A stretch of DNA of 33,728 nt from Candidatus Hermodarchaeum yapensis (lineage in GTDB: Archaea > Asgardarchaeota > Hermodarchaeia > Hermodarchaeales > Hermodarchaeaceae), in contig JAEOSK010000025.1 of the NCBI GenBank assembly GCA_016840405.1, positions 1 through 33,728 of the forward strand. Reading direction: 5' to 3'. How positions within the stretch are numbered: the stretch's first letter is position 1; each line of letters begins with the position of its first letter. This document shows positions 17,580-27,016 of this stretch, in pieces. The notes beneath the pieces are model-generated. The model was not told the origin of the DNA. It searched no databases and saw only the letters and a list, made by a program, of their open reading frames with translations. The translations under genes and the position numbers were made by a program.

Positions 17580-18974
17580 TTAGTCAATTATGGATTGTGT
17601 ATGTTTCATTAATCTACGTTTACGCAGATACCAACCAACATACACTGTTACACAAATGACTGTAGGAACCAATACAATAGAACTTAACCATGGAAACATA
17701 TCGTGAAAATCAAATGGCGGAAGCAATCCCACATTTATCATAACTAAATTCCGAACCTCAGCTCGAAATCGCGAAAGGTCCTGCCATTCCTCTGATCCCC
17801 CAAGTAAGATGCTATTCACATTTATGAGCATGATATATCCGAGTTTCGTTGTTGGATTGAAATAGAGAAGCCCAGTAAATCCTATGGTGGAGCCTCCATG
17901 ACCAAAAATTCCGTGGGAGAAAATTTCTAAGCCTAATCCATAGCCTTCAGAGCGCAATTCTTTTTCAAGATAAATATCGCTAAATTGACTATGTGTCCTT
18001 TCTCGCATCATAACTATAGTGTCTTGCTGGAGCAGTTGAAAACCATCAAACTGTCCTTCATTCATTAACGTAATTATCAGATGTCCAAGGTCACTCACTG
18101 TACTTCGCATCATATACTGTCCATTCCAGACAGGTAACGCGATATTGGAATCAGCAACACGTGTGTGGGGAATGGCATGATGCCCTGTATAATCTGAGGC
18201 ATTGAATCCAGTATTCTGCATCCGAAGTGGCTCAAAGATGTATTGTTTCATGTATTCGGAGATAGTCTGGTTAGATATAGTTTCTAACAGAAACATTAGA
18301 AGTTTATAACCCGAATTAGAATAACTCCAATCTGTTCCCGGTTCGAATATCCAATTTCTTGAGGAACAATATGAACCACCAGGAGCTAGGCGTTCAGTCA
18401 AAAACTCACCTAGCGTGATTCCAATTGCTTGAGGATAGTATGTTCCGTCGAAATCAGGATAATATAGCCCTTCCCAGTCATAGCAGAATTCGTGAGGAAG
18501 CATTTGAGCAAGCCCTGAACGATGGGCGAGTAGCATGAATATTGTCACGGAAACGTTAGGAAAATTAGGGTTCCTTACCGTGAAGGGAAGATAGTCACTC
18601 ACATCATCATTCAGATCTATCTCACCTTTCTCGTAGAGTTGGAGTATTGAAATGGCCACCAGCACTTTTTGTATAGAGCCAATTAAGAAAACAGTATCAT
18701 TACTTATCTGTTCGCCAAATCCCCTAACCCAGACGAGTTCATTACTCGAAACAACACCTAGATATAGGGAAGGGATCTTCTCGTCAATGACCAGCCTTTG
18801 AATCTCTTCATCAATAGAAGACGAAACAATTTCTGTGTCAATCGCTCTTGGTTGTGGAAGCGCCAGACAAACCTCGATGAGTAAACCACTGGATACCGGA
18901 AGAGACATTGCAGTGATAGAAAAGAGGACTAACAATGCAATTCCGACGAACGTTGATTTCACATTAATCGCCAT
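17580..18974 (-). CDS. Beta-lactamase-family (class C/AmpC-like) serine hydrolase, signal peptide plus C-terminal TM anchor
   Basis: SxxK (GSIQK), LL.HRSG, YSN, GHGG; N-terminal hydrophobic signal; C-terminal TM then LRKRR. Confidence 0.9.
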   Translation of the reverse strand: MAINVKSTFVGIALLVLFSITAMSLPVSSGLLIEVCLALPQPRAIDTEIVSSSIDEEIQRLVIDEKIPSLYLGVVSSNELVWVRGFGEQISNDTVFLIGSIQKVLVAISILQLYEKGEIDLNDDVSDYLPFTVRNPNFPNVSVTIFMLLAHRSGLAQMLPHEFCYDWEGLYYPDFDGTYYPQAIGITLGEFLTERLAPGGSYCSSRNWIFEPGTDWSYSNSGYKLLMFLLETISNQTISEYMKQYIFEPLRMQNTGFNASDYTGHHAIPHTRVADSNIALPVWNGQYMMRSTVSDLGHLIITLMNEGQFDGFQLLQQDTIVMMRERTHSQFSDIYLEKELRSEGYGLGLEIFSHGIFGHGGSTIGFTGLLYFNPTTKLGYIMLINVNSILLGGSEEWQDLSRFRAEVRNLVMINVGLLPPFDFHDMFPWLSSIVLVPTVICVTVYVGWYLRKRRLMKHTQSIID

Positions 18975-18975
18975 A

Positions 18976-19000
18976 ATGTTTACCAGATTATGGTAATCTT
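18976..19000. promoter_or_regulatory. Operator-like palindrome, copy 1 (serine hydrolase promoter)
   Basis: ATGTTTAC-CAGATTATG-GTAATCTT, 1 nt from the hydrolase ATG; minus-strand TATA-like TTTTATTTAT at 19011-19020. Confidence 0.6.
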
Positions 19001-19095
19001 AAACCGACACATAAATAAAAACTAATGGGAACCAAATGGTTCGATTTCTAACTTTCTTTGAAGAAAGAACCTTGAACCGCGATTCTTCCCCAATG

Positions 19096-19133
19096 CAAAA
19101 GTATATAAATGTTTACTAATAATTGGTAAACAT
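19096..19133 (+). promoter_or_regulatory. BRE/TATA plus operator-like palindrome, copy 2
   Basis: CAAAAG-TATATAAA running into ATGTTTACTAAT-A-ATTGGTAAACAT (19109-19133; 11 of 12 arm positions complementary). Confidence 0.7.
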
Positions 19134-19197
19134 GTGAGATGAAGTATCTACAAACAAAGATACACACTCACAAACACAAAACACGAGGAATATCACG

Positions 19198-19692
19198 TTG
19201 GGCACCCTATCCCCAGACGAAGAAACAGTTTGGCGGCTATTCAATCACGGCCAATCCACCAGCGCAATTTCCAAGGCTGATGGAAAACGTCGTTGGTCAG
19301 TAGCATACGTCTCGCGCGTCTTAAATCGTGCCCGGGGAAAGATTGCCAAAGCCCTCCAAACACAGGCGAAAAGCCATCGTCTCGATGTGGAAAGCCTACT
19401 GCCTTATCATGGCCTCTTAATCGGATTCGATTACCAGGCCAACACTGTAGTATACATCGTCTTCACAGTGAAACTTGGAATCGTGGTGTGGTACAAACAT
19501 GCCTCCTATGCGGGGATGTTATGTCATAACTGTCCAAAAATAAGCGAGTGTCGCGAAACCTTAGATACGATTATTGAAGAGTACGATATCAAGTTGCGGC
19601 CTGATGAAGAAGTTCTACCGATGACGCAGCAATCTTCCATCATTTTCAACAAGTTGGCGGCAAAAGAGATTCCTCGATATCAACGGAGTTAA
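19198..19692 (+). CDS. Putative HTH transcriptional regulator with C-terminal CxxC-x5-C motif
   Basis: LSPDEETVWRL..GQSTSAIS...SVAYVSRVLNRARGKI resembles a sigma70-region-4/LuxR-type HTH; CHNCPKISEC; TTG start with GAGGA SD. Confidence 0.7.
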   Translation: MGTLSPDEETVWRLFNHGQSTSAISKADGKRRWSVAYVSRVLNRARGKIAKALQTQAKSHRLDVESLLPYHGLLIGFDYQANTVVYIVFTVKLGIVVWYKHASYAGMLCHNCPKISECRETLDTIIEEYDIKLRPDEEVLPMTQQSSIIFNKLAAKEIPRYQRS

Positions 19693-19697
19693 TTAAA

Positions 19698-20432
19698 TTG
19701 GATACAGAAAGAGAAGAGAGACGGATCATCCGACCGCCAGGAGAGCGCATCACCCATGGACGAGTTTTCAAACCAGCCCCAGCTTATTTCCGCAAGCGCG
19801 TCGCCGACTTAGGACTTCTAGCAGTATTTATCTACGTACTTGTCATCGGATCCTGGTATTTAATCTCCCTCATTGGTTTTTTTGACCCTGATTTGCTGTG
19901 GATGAACATTAACGTTTGGTGGCTCCCAATCACCATTGGAATATGGGTGTTTAATATCATCTGGTTCTTTCCCTCATTAATTGCAGTCCACAAGTATGCA
20001 GGAAGTATGGAATACTCAGTCATCTCAGAATCAGGAGAAAGCATGCCTGAAGTGTATGTTCAAAAAGGCCTCTTCAACGTAACAAAGAAACACGTCCCCT
20101 TCCGAACCATCACGAATATCAGTACCAAGGCAGGCCCGTTAGATCGGCTCTTCGGAATCGGAAGCGTGAATATCGAAACCGCGGGCTTCTCAGGTCAGAA
20201 GAAGGAACCGGAAGAAAAACTCGAAGGCATCGAATTCTATGAAGAGGTCCGAGATTTCATCCTCCAAGAATTACGGAGGTTCCGGACACCATACACTACT
20301 GGCACTGAAGCTGGCGCCGTTTGGGACGAAGACATTCCGAAGTTACCGGATTCCTTGGATGATGAAATTCTCATGACGTTACGCGATATGAAAGTCATCC
20401 TTGAAGACATCTCGAAAAAGCTGGAAAAATGA
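19698..20432 (+). CDS. bPH_2 (YdbS-like) membrane protein
   Basis: Two TM helices then Y.....VYVQKGLF..TKKHVPFRTITNIS..GPLDRLFGIGSVNIETAG; 5 nt after regulator stop. Confidence 0.85.
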   Translation: MDTEREERRIIRPPGERITHGRVFKPAPAYFRKRVADLGLLAVFIYVLVIGSWYLISLIGFFDPDLLWMNINVWWLPITIGIWVFNIIWFFPSLIAVHKYAGSMEYSVISESGESMPEVYVQKGLFNVTKKHVPFRTITNISTKAGPLDRLFGIGSVNIETAGFSGQKKEPEEKLEGIEFYEEVRDFILQELRRFRTPYTTGTEAGAVWDEDIPKLPDSLDDEILMTLRDMKVILEDISKKLEK

Positions 20433-20457
20433 ACAGGCGATGCGTAACCGAAATGTT

Positions 20458-20491
20458 AGGAAGAGGTCTCCTCTTCCTTTTTTTCTTTTTT
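20458..20491 (+). terminator. Hairpin plus long U-tract terminator
   Basis: AGGAAGAGG-TCT-CCTCTTCCT followed by a T run (TTTTTTCTTTTTT). Confidence 0.7.
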
Positions 20492-20619
20492 ACTATTTTC
20501 TTTTAAACCAGTAGGTTCATCGTAAACTATAAACTAAGGTTATTTTTTGTAGACTGATACGAGAACAAGAGTCACTCATTTCAGATTCGCGTTCAATAAA
20601 TGATTCTTTGGTGCGACGA

Positions 20620-20931
20620 ATGGCAGACGTTGAAGAACGATGGGCAACCGCTTCATTTGAAGAAAAATACAAAGCAATGATGGCAAGCATGACTGAGGCA
20701 GATCAAAAGAGAAGCACTGAGCAAGTAACCTATATGTGTAAATGTAGAACATGCCCAACCTACACAGAGAGTGGAGATACAAATCTTGCCTTCTGCAATC
20801 AAGGAAAAAGTGCAGCAACCCAGGAGCAAAAGGGCTGCCTATGTTCAACATGCCCAATGACTAAAACAATGAGCCTCCGTTGGGATTACTATTGTACTCA
20901 AGGTTCAGCTTTAGAACTTTCAGATTTGTAA
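20620..20931 (+). CDS. DUF2769-like Cys-rich protein
   Basis: CKCRTCPTY...FC..GKS....KGCLCSTCP......YYC.QG pattern. Confidence 0.8.
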   Translation: MADVEERWATASFEEKYKAMMASMTEADQKRSTEQVTYMCKCRTCPTYTESGDTNLAFCNQGKSAATQEQKGCLCSTCPMTKTMSLRWDYYCTQGSALELSDL

Positions 20932-21011
20932 CAGGTAAAAAGAGAGTCAATAGTAAATGAGGGAGCATAAAAAACCCCTTCCTCGTTTTTTAGACAGGGA
21001 GATTTGAACTA

Positions 21012-23114
21012 TTGTCAAGTAAATCAAAGAAGCCCACGAAGAACCGGTTAGCTAAAGAAAAAAGCCCGTACTTACTTCAACATGCCCATAATCCTGTTAA
21101 CTGGTATCCATGGGGGAAAGAAGCATTTAGTAAAGCGAAGAAGGAAGACAAACCCATCTTTCTATCCATTGGCTACAGCACCTGCCACTGGTGCCATGTG
21201 ATGGCACATGAATCATTTGAGAATGAGCGAATTGCCAAACTCATGAATGATGCGTTTGTAAATATTAAGGTGGACCGAGAAGAACGTCCGGACATCGATT
21301 CGTTGTACATGACGGTGACCCAGATGCTGACAGGAAGCGGGGGGTGGCCATTGACAATTATCATGGCGCCAGATAAGCAGCCGTTTTTTGCAGCAACGTA
21401 TATTCCAGCCGAAACCCGGTTTGGTCGGATGGGTATGGATGAACTGATTCCCGAAATTCAACATTTATGGAAGGAGGATAGGAACCGCCTTAACACGATC
21501 ACTAAGAATATTTGGACCAACCTTGAATCATCTTCCCAAGGCTCGAAGGGGGCTGAACTCGGGGAAGGCGTCTTGGAAATGGCGTTTGACTCACTAAAAC
21601 AGCGGTTTGACGAAGAATACGGTGGTTTTGGTTTTCGTCCGAAATTCCCGTCTCCCCACAATCTGATGTTTTTACTTCGATACTGGAAGCGCACGAAGAA
21701 CAAAGAATCTCTTCGGATGGTGGAGTCGACGTTGCAGGCGATGCGGATGGGAGGGATTTTCGATCAGGTGGGGTTAGGATTTCATCGGTATTCCACGGAT
21801 CCAAAGTGGTTGCTTCCACATTTTGAGAAGATGCTTTATGATCAGGCTATGCTGATCATGGCATATGCTGAAGCATACCAGGCGACCAAGAAGGACGAGT
21901 ATGCTCAAACAGTGCGAGAAATCATCACTTATGTATTAAGGGATATGACGAGTCCTGAGGGGGGTTTCTATTCAGCGGAAGATGCGGATAGTGAAGGTGA
22001 AGAAGGGAAGTTCTATGTTTGGACTGAGGAGGAAATCCAGAAGATTTTGTCAAAGAAGGAAGCGGAGGTGTTTCTGAAGGTCTATAATTTTGAACCCGAT
22101 GGGAATTTCCTAGAGGAAGCTACTGGGAAACGGATGGGTACAAACATACCCCATCTTAAGAAGACTCTAGCGACTGAGGCAAAGGCTCGAAAGACAACTG
22201 AGAAAGTCTTATTGAAATTGCTGGAGGGAGCTCGGGAGAAGCTATTTGATGTTCGAAGACAGCGTATTCATCCCCATAAGGACGATAAGATTCTTGCTGA
22301 CTGGAATGGTCTGATGATTGCAGCTCTCGCCAAAGCCGCACGAGCACTTAATCAACCGTCTTACACAGATGCAGCGAAACGGGCTGCAACCTTTGTGCTG
22401 ACCCAAATGCAAGATGGAAAAGGCCGGTTACTCCACCGCTATCGAGATGGAGAAGCAGGCATTCTTGCCTTCTTAGACGATTACGCCTTCCTGATCTGGG
22501 GATTACTAGAACTCTACGAAACTACACTAGAACCTGAGCACTTGCAGAAGACCGTTGAGTTGAACGCGGAGCTTTTAACTCATTTCTGGGATGAAGCGGG
22601 TGGCGGATTCTTCTTCACAGCAGATGATGCCGAAGACCTATTGGTTCGCAAAAAAGACGCCTATGATGGAGCGATTCCATCAGGAAACTCAGTTGCCATG
22701 CTCAATCTCCTCCGATTAGCCCGCATCACCGCCGAATCAGATCTTGAATCAAAGGCAGCACAAATCGGACAAGCCTTCTCAGGTGATGTGCTCAGTGCTC
22801 CACCTGGATTTACCCTGATGATTAGTAGCGTAGATTTCGCAGTGGGACCTAGCTTTGAAATTGTGATTGTTGGTGATTCGGCAGCCCCAGATACACAGAA
22901 TATGATAAGAACTATCAACGATCAGTTCATTCCCAACAAGGTTACGCTCCTCATTCCAACTGATAAAAAAGCCGAGACAGTAATTCAACTGGCACCCTTT
23001 ACAAAAGATTACAAAACCTTTGACGGGAAGGCAACAGTATTTGTCTGTGCAAATCATGTGTGTCAAAGCCCCACCACAGACGTGAAAACAATGCTCAAAC
23101 ACTTGGACTCATAG
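21012..23114 (+). CDS. yyaL: Thioredoxin-domain protein, YyaL/SPATA20 (DUF255) family
   Basis: [72 protein letters not shown]...WNGL. Confidence 0.95.
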   Translation: MSSKSKKPTKNRLAKEKSPYLLQHAHNPVNWYPWGKEAFSKAKKEDKPIFLSIGYSTCHWCHVMAHESFENERIAKLMNDAFVNIKVDREERPDIDSLYMTVTQMLTGSGGWPLTIIMAPDKQPFFAATYIPAETRFGRMGMDELIPEIQHLWKEDRNRLNTITKNIWTNLESSSQGSKGAELGEGVLEMAFDSLKQRFDEEYGGFGFRPKFPSPHNLMFLLRYWKRTKNKESLRMVESTLQAMRMGGIFDQVGLGFHRYSTDPKWLLPHFEKMLYDQAMLIMAYAEAYQATKKDEYAQTVREIITYVLRDMTSPEGGFYSAEDADSEGEEGKFYVWTEEEIQKILSKKEAEVFLKVYNFEPDGNFLEEATGKRMGTNIPHLKKTLATEAKARKTTEKVLLKLLEGAREKLFDVRRQRIHPHKDDKILADWNGLMIAALAKAARALNQPSYTDAAKRAATFVLTQMQDGKGRLLHRYRDGEAGILAFLDDYAFLIWGLLELYETTLEPEHLQKTVELNAELLTHFWDEAGGGFFFTADDAEDLLVRKKDAYDGAIPSGNSVAMLNLLRLARITAESDLESKAAQIGQAFSGDVLSAPPGFTLMISSVDFAVGPSFEIVIVGDSAAPDTQNMIRTINDQFIPNKVTLLIPTDKKAETVIQLAPFTKDYKTFDGKATVFVCANHVCQSPTTDVKTMLKHLDS

Positions 23115-23858
23115 CGATTTCCGGGCACGAATACAGATAAATGAGGGCCTTCGACGGACCTTATCCCAATCCTCCGGGTTCGCGCGTTTGAAGTCTTCCG
23201 TGGGTTGGGCTTCAATGAGTTTGTCTAAGTGAAATCCAGCTGAATGTAAGCATTCGAAAAAGGTGCTTAATGGTCGACGATAGGATGTGACTCTGACAGG
23301 TTTTCCAAATCCCCTCCATAAGAAGTCGACAATTTCAAGATTGAAGTAGTTTTCTGGGCGCCTTTTTTGCCTAGGATCGTCTCTAACTTCCCATTTGGTA
23401 GATGGATGTTCGTTTGAGAAGATGAAGTATCCATCATCCCGTAGTATACGGGAGAATTCTGAGAAAAGGGAATTCCAATTTTTGATGTAATCCAAGACTA
23501 GCGAGGACAACACAATATCTACTGAATTATCAGCCATGAAATCCAACGGTTCTTCAAGATTTGCACGCCGTATAGTGGCTCGATCTCCTAGACGCTGTTT
23601 GGCAAAGTGAATCATTTTGGGGCTGATGTCGATTGCGGTGACTGTTGCCCCTCGGTCGAGAAGGATTTCGGCATAAAGGCCCGGTCCGCAGCCGGCATCG
23701 AGCACATGTTTGCCTTTAACATCTGGTAGAAGCGATAGTGTGGCTGGTCGTTCAAGATAAGCATTATAACTCTTGGTTTCGATCCGAGCATCAAATTCTT
23801 CAGCCATAGCCTCATAAGCCTCTAAGGCAATTGGTTTTTCTTTCTCTCGCTCACTCAA
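23109..23858 (-). CDS. Class I SAM-dependent methyltransferase
   Basis: [36 protein letters not shown]; start placed at TTG 23858 (uncertain). Confidence 0.88.
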   Translation of the reverse strand: MSEREKEKPIALEAYEAMAEEFDARIETKSYNAYLERPATLSLLPDVKGKHVLDAGCGPGLYAEILLDRGATVTAIDISPKMIHFAKQRLGDRATIRRANLEEPLDFMADNSVDIVLSSLVLDYIKNWNSLFSEFSRILRDDGYFIFSNEHPSTKWEVRDDPRQKRRPENYFNLEIVDFLWRGFGKPVRVTSYRRPLSTFFECLHSAGFHLDKLIEAQPTEDFKRANPEDWDKVRRRPSFICIRARKSL

Positions 23859-24009
23859 CGGAAGCACCCCTGGCGTCAGGAAAGCTAGGAAACTCAAGAA
23901 CATTTCGGTGACAAAGATTGCATGGAGAAATACAAACTGTAGGTAAATCCAATTTCTTATAATCAGCGAGAACCCGATAATATCATTCAATTTGATGTTG
24001 ATGATAGCA

Positions 24010-24355
24010 ATGGATGATGATATGAACGAATATTTCAAGACTGCAGGTGAGACCCTCCGAGCCTTGGGACAATTCAATTCAAAATCCATGAAAAGATTAA
24101 GAATTCATGCAAGCCGTTAAGGCGGATGGTGCGTTATCGAAGAAAATCAAGGAAATAATTGGTATAGGCATCTCAGTCTATATTCAATGCCAATTTTGCA
24201 CTGCATGGCATGTGAAACGTGCTATGGAAGCGGGTGCAACCCGTGAAGAAATACTAGAGGCATGTCAGGTTGCCGCAATGGTTGGTGGCGGACACTCGCT
24301 GATGTCTACCCACTATGCATTCAAAGCCATTGACGATTTCAAAAAAATAGAATGA
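24010..24355 (+). pseudogene. AhpD/carboxymuconolactone decarboxylase family gene split by a frameshift near 24088-24106
   Basis: MDDDMNEYFKTAGETLRALGQFNSKSMKRL in one frame joins EFMQAVKADGALSKKIKE...CQFC..WH...GATREEI in the +1 frame. Confidence 0.7.
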
Positions 24356-24368
24356 ATGGTGAACAGTA

Positions 24369-24764
24369 ATGGTTGAAATCTTGAAGAAAAAGCTCAACAT
24401 GAGTTTTGATGAAGCCGTACAACACGTGGAACAGATTGTTCAGGAGGAAGGATTCACCGTCCTATTAACCAAATCCATTGACGAGATTTTCGCGAAGAAA
24501 TTAGGGATTACTGATTACCCCATGTATACCATGGTTCTGGGATGCGGACCTAAATTTGCTAAAGCGGCACTTGATGTTTCATTTGATGTAGGTCTTCTCT
24601 TTCCATGTAGTTTTGTTATCTATGAAGAGGCTGATGAAGTCTTTGTGTCTCATAGTTCGATTATGAAAATGGCAGCAGAACTTGGATTTGCATCCATAGA
24701 AGAGATGCAACCAGTTATCGAGATGACTGGGGAAGCGGTGCATCGAGCGTGGTCAAGATTTTAA
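24369..24764 (+). CDS. DUF302 domain protein
   Basis: SFDEAV......EGF.VL, LGCGP..A..AL, GLLFPCSFVIYE; SD GGTGA. Confidence 0.85.
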   Translation: MVEILKKKLNMSFDEAVQHVEQIVQEEGFTVLLTKSIDEIFAKKLGITDYPMYTMVLGCGPKFAKAALDVSFDVGLLFPCSFVIYEEADEVFVSHSSIMKMAAELGFASIEEMQPVIEMTGEAVHRAWSRF

Positions 24765-24833
24765 TTCGCCTAAGTTGCTGATGGGTGAGCGCTGACATGT
24801 TCACGGAATGAAGATAAGCTATACTATGACAAC

Positions 24834-25244
24834 TCATTCAACCATTAGACTCGTTATTTTGAGTTGATGAATACCCCTCAAACTCTGAAGCTTGGAAGCT
24901 AAAACCTTGATCTCTTTAGCAGGTCCATTCACTACCACAACAAGGAGACAATGGTGGTCAAGGTGAATATGAGTCGTCGATGAGATGGTTTTAGGAAACT
25001 GATGTTGAATAGCCGTTAGCTCAGTCTCAAGACCCGGAACTTCATGGGAATAAATGAACGTAATTGTCCCCGCTAAGCGGGTTAATGGATCATATTCCCA
25101 TTGGTATTCTGTAATGAAATCCCGCATAGCCTGTTGAATCGCCTTTGACCGATCATATCCAATATTTGAAGTGACCTGATCGAAGTTCTCTAAAAGAGTG
25201 GGGGGGAGGGAGATGCTGATGCGAGCTACACCGGGTTTCACCAT
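24834..25244 (-). CDS. nikR: Nickel-responsive regulator NikR (RHH plus metal-binding domain)
   Basis: RISISLP..LL..FD...GY.RSKAI..A.RD; Y.H; QH...HIHLDHHC retains the His/His/His/Cys ligand set. Confidence 0.9.
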   Translation of the reverse strand: MVKPGVARISISLPPTLLENFDQVTSNIGYDRSKAIQQAMRDFITEYQWEYDPLTRLAGTITFIYSHEVPGLETELTAIQHQFPKTISSTTHIHLDHHCLLVVVVNGPAKEIKVLASKLQSLRGIHQLKITSLMVE

Positions 25245-25299
25245 GAATCATCACACCCATTCAAAAGTCTCTCATATAGTGTAAAAGTTTTTATCCTAT

Positions 25300-25331
25300 T
25301 AGTATTACTTTTTTGTTAGAGAGTAATACTA
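25300..25331. promoter_or_regulatory. NikR-type operator
   Basis: Perfect TAGTATTACT-N12-AGTAATACTA; core GTATTA-N16-TAATAC matches the spacing of E. coli NikR GTATGA-N16-TCATAC; adjacent to nikR. Confidence 0.8.
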
Positions 25332-26623
25332 TGTTGAATCGGATTGCTAATGATCGACTTGCGAAGAGCTTTGCCAAAATTAAATTCAAATACCAGACAG
25401 TGGACTGGGACGCGATTCCAACAAAGCATATTGGGATCTACATTCACGTTCCCTTCTGTGAGCAGTTATGTGCTTTCTGTCCTTTTCATAAAGTAGTGTA
25501 TAAAGAAGAATTGAAGCGACTCTACCTAAAAGCCATTGAAAAGGAAATTAAAGAGCGAACAATGGAAGGAAAGGTCGAATGGGTGTATATTGGCGGTGGG
25601 ACACCAAATCTCCTTACACCTTCTGAGATTGGACGAATACTTGAAGCTCTTCGAGAATACGTAGATTTAACAAATATAGGGATGGAAGGGAACCCCTTAC
25701 AATTTACTCCAGAGTATCTCCATCAGATTCGAGAACTGGGAGTTGAGAAACTTAGTACTGGAGTGGAATCCCTCAAGCCAGATACATTATCCCATGTGAA
25801 TCGGGCTAAGGCAGATGAAGCACAAATTACATCTATCGTCGAACTTGCTCGAAAGCTTGGATTCTCAGTGAATGTTGATTTAATGGTCGGGTTACCAAAG
25901 CAGGCGCCTGAGGATTTTTTGTATGATGTGGATAGGGTCGGCGATATCAACCCTCAACAAATTACAACATATCCGTTTATGGATATCCCAGGCGTTCAGG
26001 TCGCTCCAGAAATGAATTCAAAAGAAATGTTTCACCTAATTGAGCAAGCCCATGACACGCTCGGAGACCACGGATATAACCGAGAGAGCATCTGGGTATT
26101 TTCCAAAACAAAAAAGATTTACGATTCAGCTCGTGATGAACTGGTGATTGACTATTTGGGGTTTGGTGCTGCAGCTTTTAGCAAAGTAGCAGGACAACAG
26201 ATTGTGAATCCCCCGCTCCCATTATATTTAGACATGCTTCAAAATGGAAGAACAAGGGCTTTTCAAACTACCGTTGATGAAAAATCTGAAAATTGGCGGA
26301 AGTTTGGTCACGAACTTTATAATCTGTGTTTGGATCCTAAGGTCATTCAGGATATGCCACGTAGTATCAAATTTATTTTGTCTTTATTGAAGCTGACTGG
26401 AAATGTGAAAGGGGATCAGGTGACACAGAAAGGGCGATTTTTCGTGCATGATTTGACAAAAACCATTGTGGAAAGTCTTCCCTTTCCTGTGAGTAATCCG
26501 GCTGCTATCATCAACTTCGAAGAGTATCAGAAGGAACTTCAGGCAGCACAGGAATTATTACGAATCAGAGAAAAAACAGAACAACCTATTGGTGAGCCGC
26601 CGGTAAAGCCAATCAAACATTAG
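25331..26623 (+). CDS. HemN-like (class C) radical SAM protein
   Basis: YIHVPFCEQLCAFC (CxxxCxxC), YIGGGTP, EGNP, LS.GVES, NVDLMVGLP.Q, DYLGFGAAAFS. Confidence 0.9.
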   Translation: MLNRIANDRLAKSFAKIKFKYQTVDWDAIPTKHIGIYIHVPFCEQLCAFCPFHKVVYKEELKRLYLKAIEKEIKERTMEGKVEWVYIGGGTPNLLTPSEIGRILEALREYVDLTNIGMEGNPLQFTPEYLHQIRELGVEKLSTGVESLKPDTLSHVNRAKADEAQITSIVELARKLGFSVNVDLMVGLPKQAPEDFLYDVDRVGDINPQQITTYPFMDIPGVQVAPEMNSKEMFHLIEQAHDTLGDHGYNRESIWVFSKTKKIYDSARDELVIDYLGFGAAAFSKVAGQQIVNPPLPLYLDMLQNGRTRAFQTTVDEKSENWRKFGHELYNLCLDPKVIQDMPRSIKFILSLLKLTGNVKGDQVTQKGRFFVHDLTKTIVESLPFPVSNPAAIINFEEYQKELQAAQELLRIREKTEQPIGEPPVKPIKH

Positions 26624-26698
26624 ACAACTTAGATAAAATGGAGTATTATCGCCAAATCCACATAGAGCTACCCAATTGAGGCATTTGAACCAGTTTTT

Positions 26699-26854
26699 TC
26701 AACAATCATTAGGGATTTCAATGGGATTCACTATAATGTAGAAGAATCCATGTCCTTCAAGTTCTTTGAAAAACTGACCAATTGAAGCGCCACAAGATAC
26801 ACACTCTAGAGAATCACCGGAAATCCATTCTTCACATTCTGGGCAACGAATCAT
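26699..26854 (-). CDS. Small zinc-ribbon protein (possibly a remnant)
   Basis: MIRCPEC-x10-CVSCG; 51 aa. Confidence 0.45.
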   Translation of the reverse strand: MIRCPECEEWISGDSLECVSCGASIGQFFKELEGHGFFYIIVNPIEIPNDC

Positions 26855-27016
26855 GTCTGACACCCATACTAGGGGCAGTAAGTTCACACCTAAAAATTTC
26901 AGTACACCGATGAGGATCGAAAAACGCCTATCACTTTGTAAAACCGACATGAAAGAGAATAGCAGGAATCATTATGTTGGTTTATTAATCGAAAGAATCA
27001 GATTCCACAATACATT

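Noticed and set aside
23859-24089. 77-aa N-terminal extension of the methyltransferase in the ORF track
   Set aside because: Overlaps the divergent promoter region and the 5' part of the CMD gene; methyltransferase-like sequence begins only near 23858
26560-26701. Possible selenocysteine readthrough (Cys-TGA) of the Zn-ribbon ORF
   Set aside because: Readthrough runs antisense into the radical SAM gene, gives no recognisable domain, and no SECIS-like element was seen
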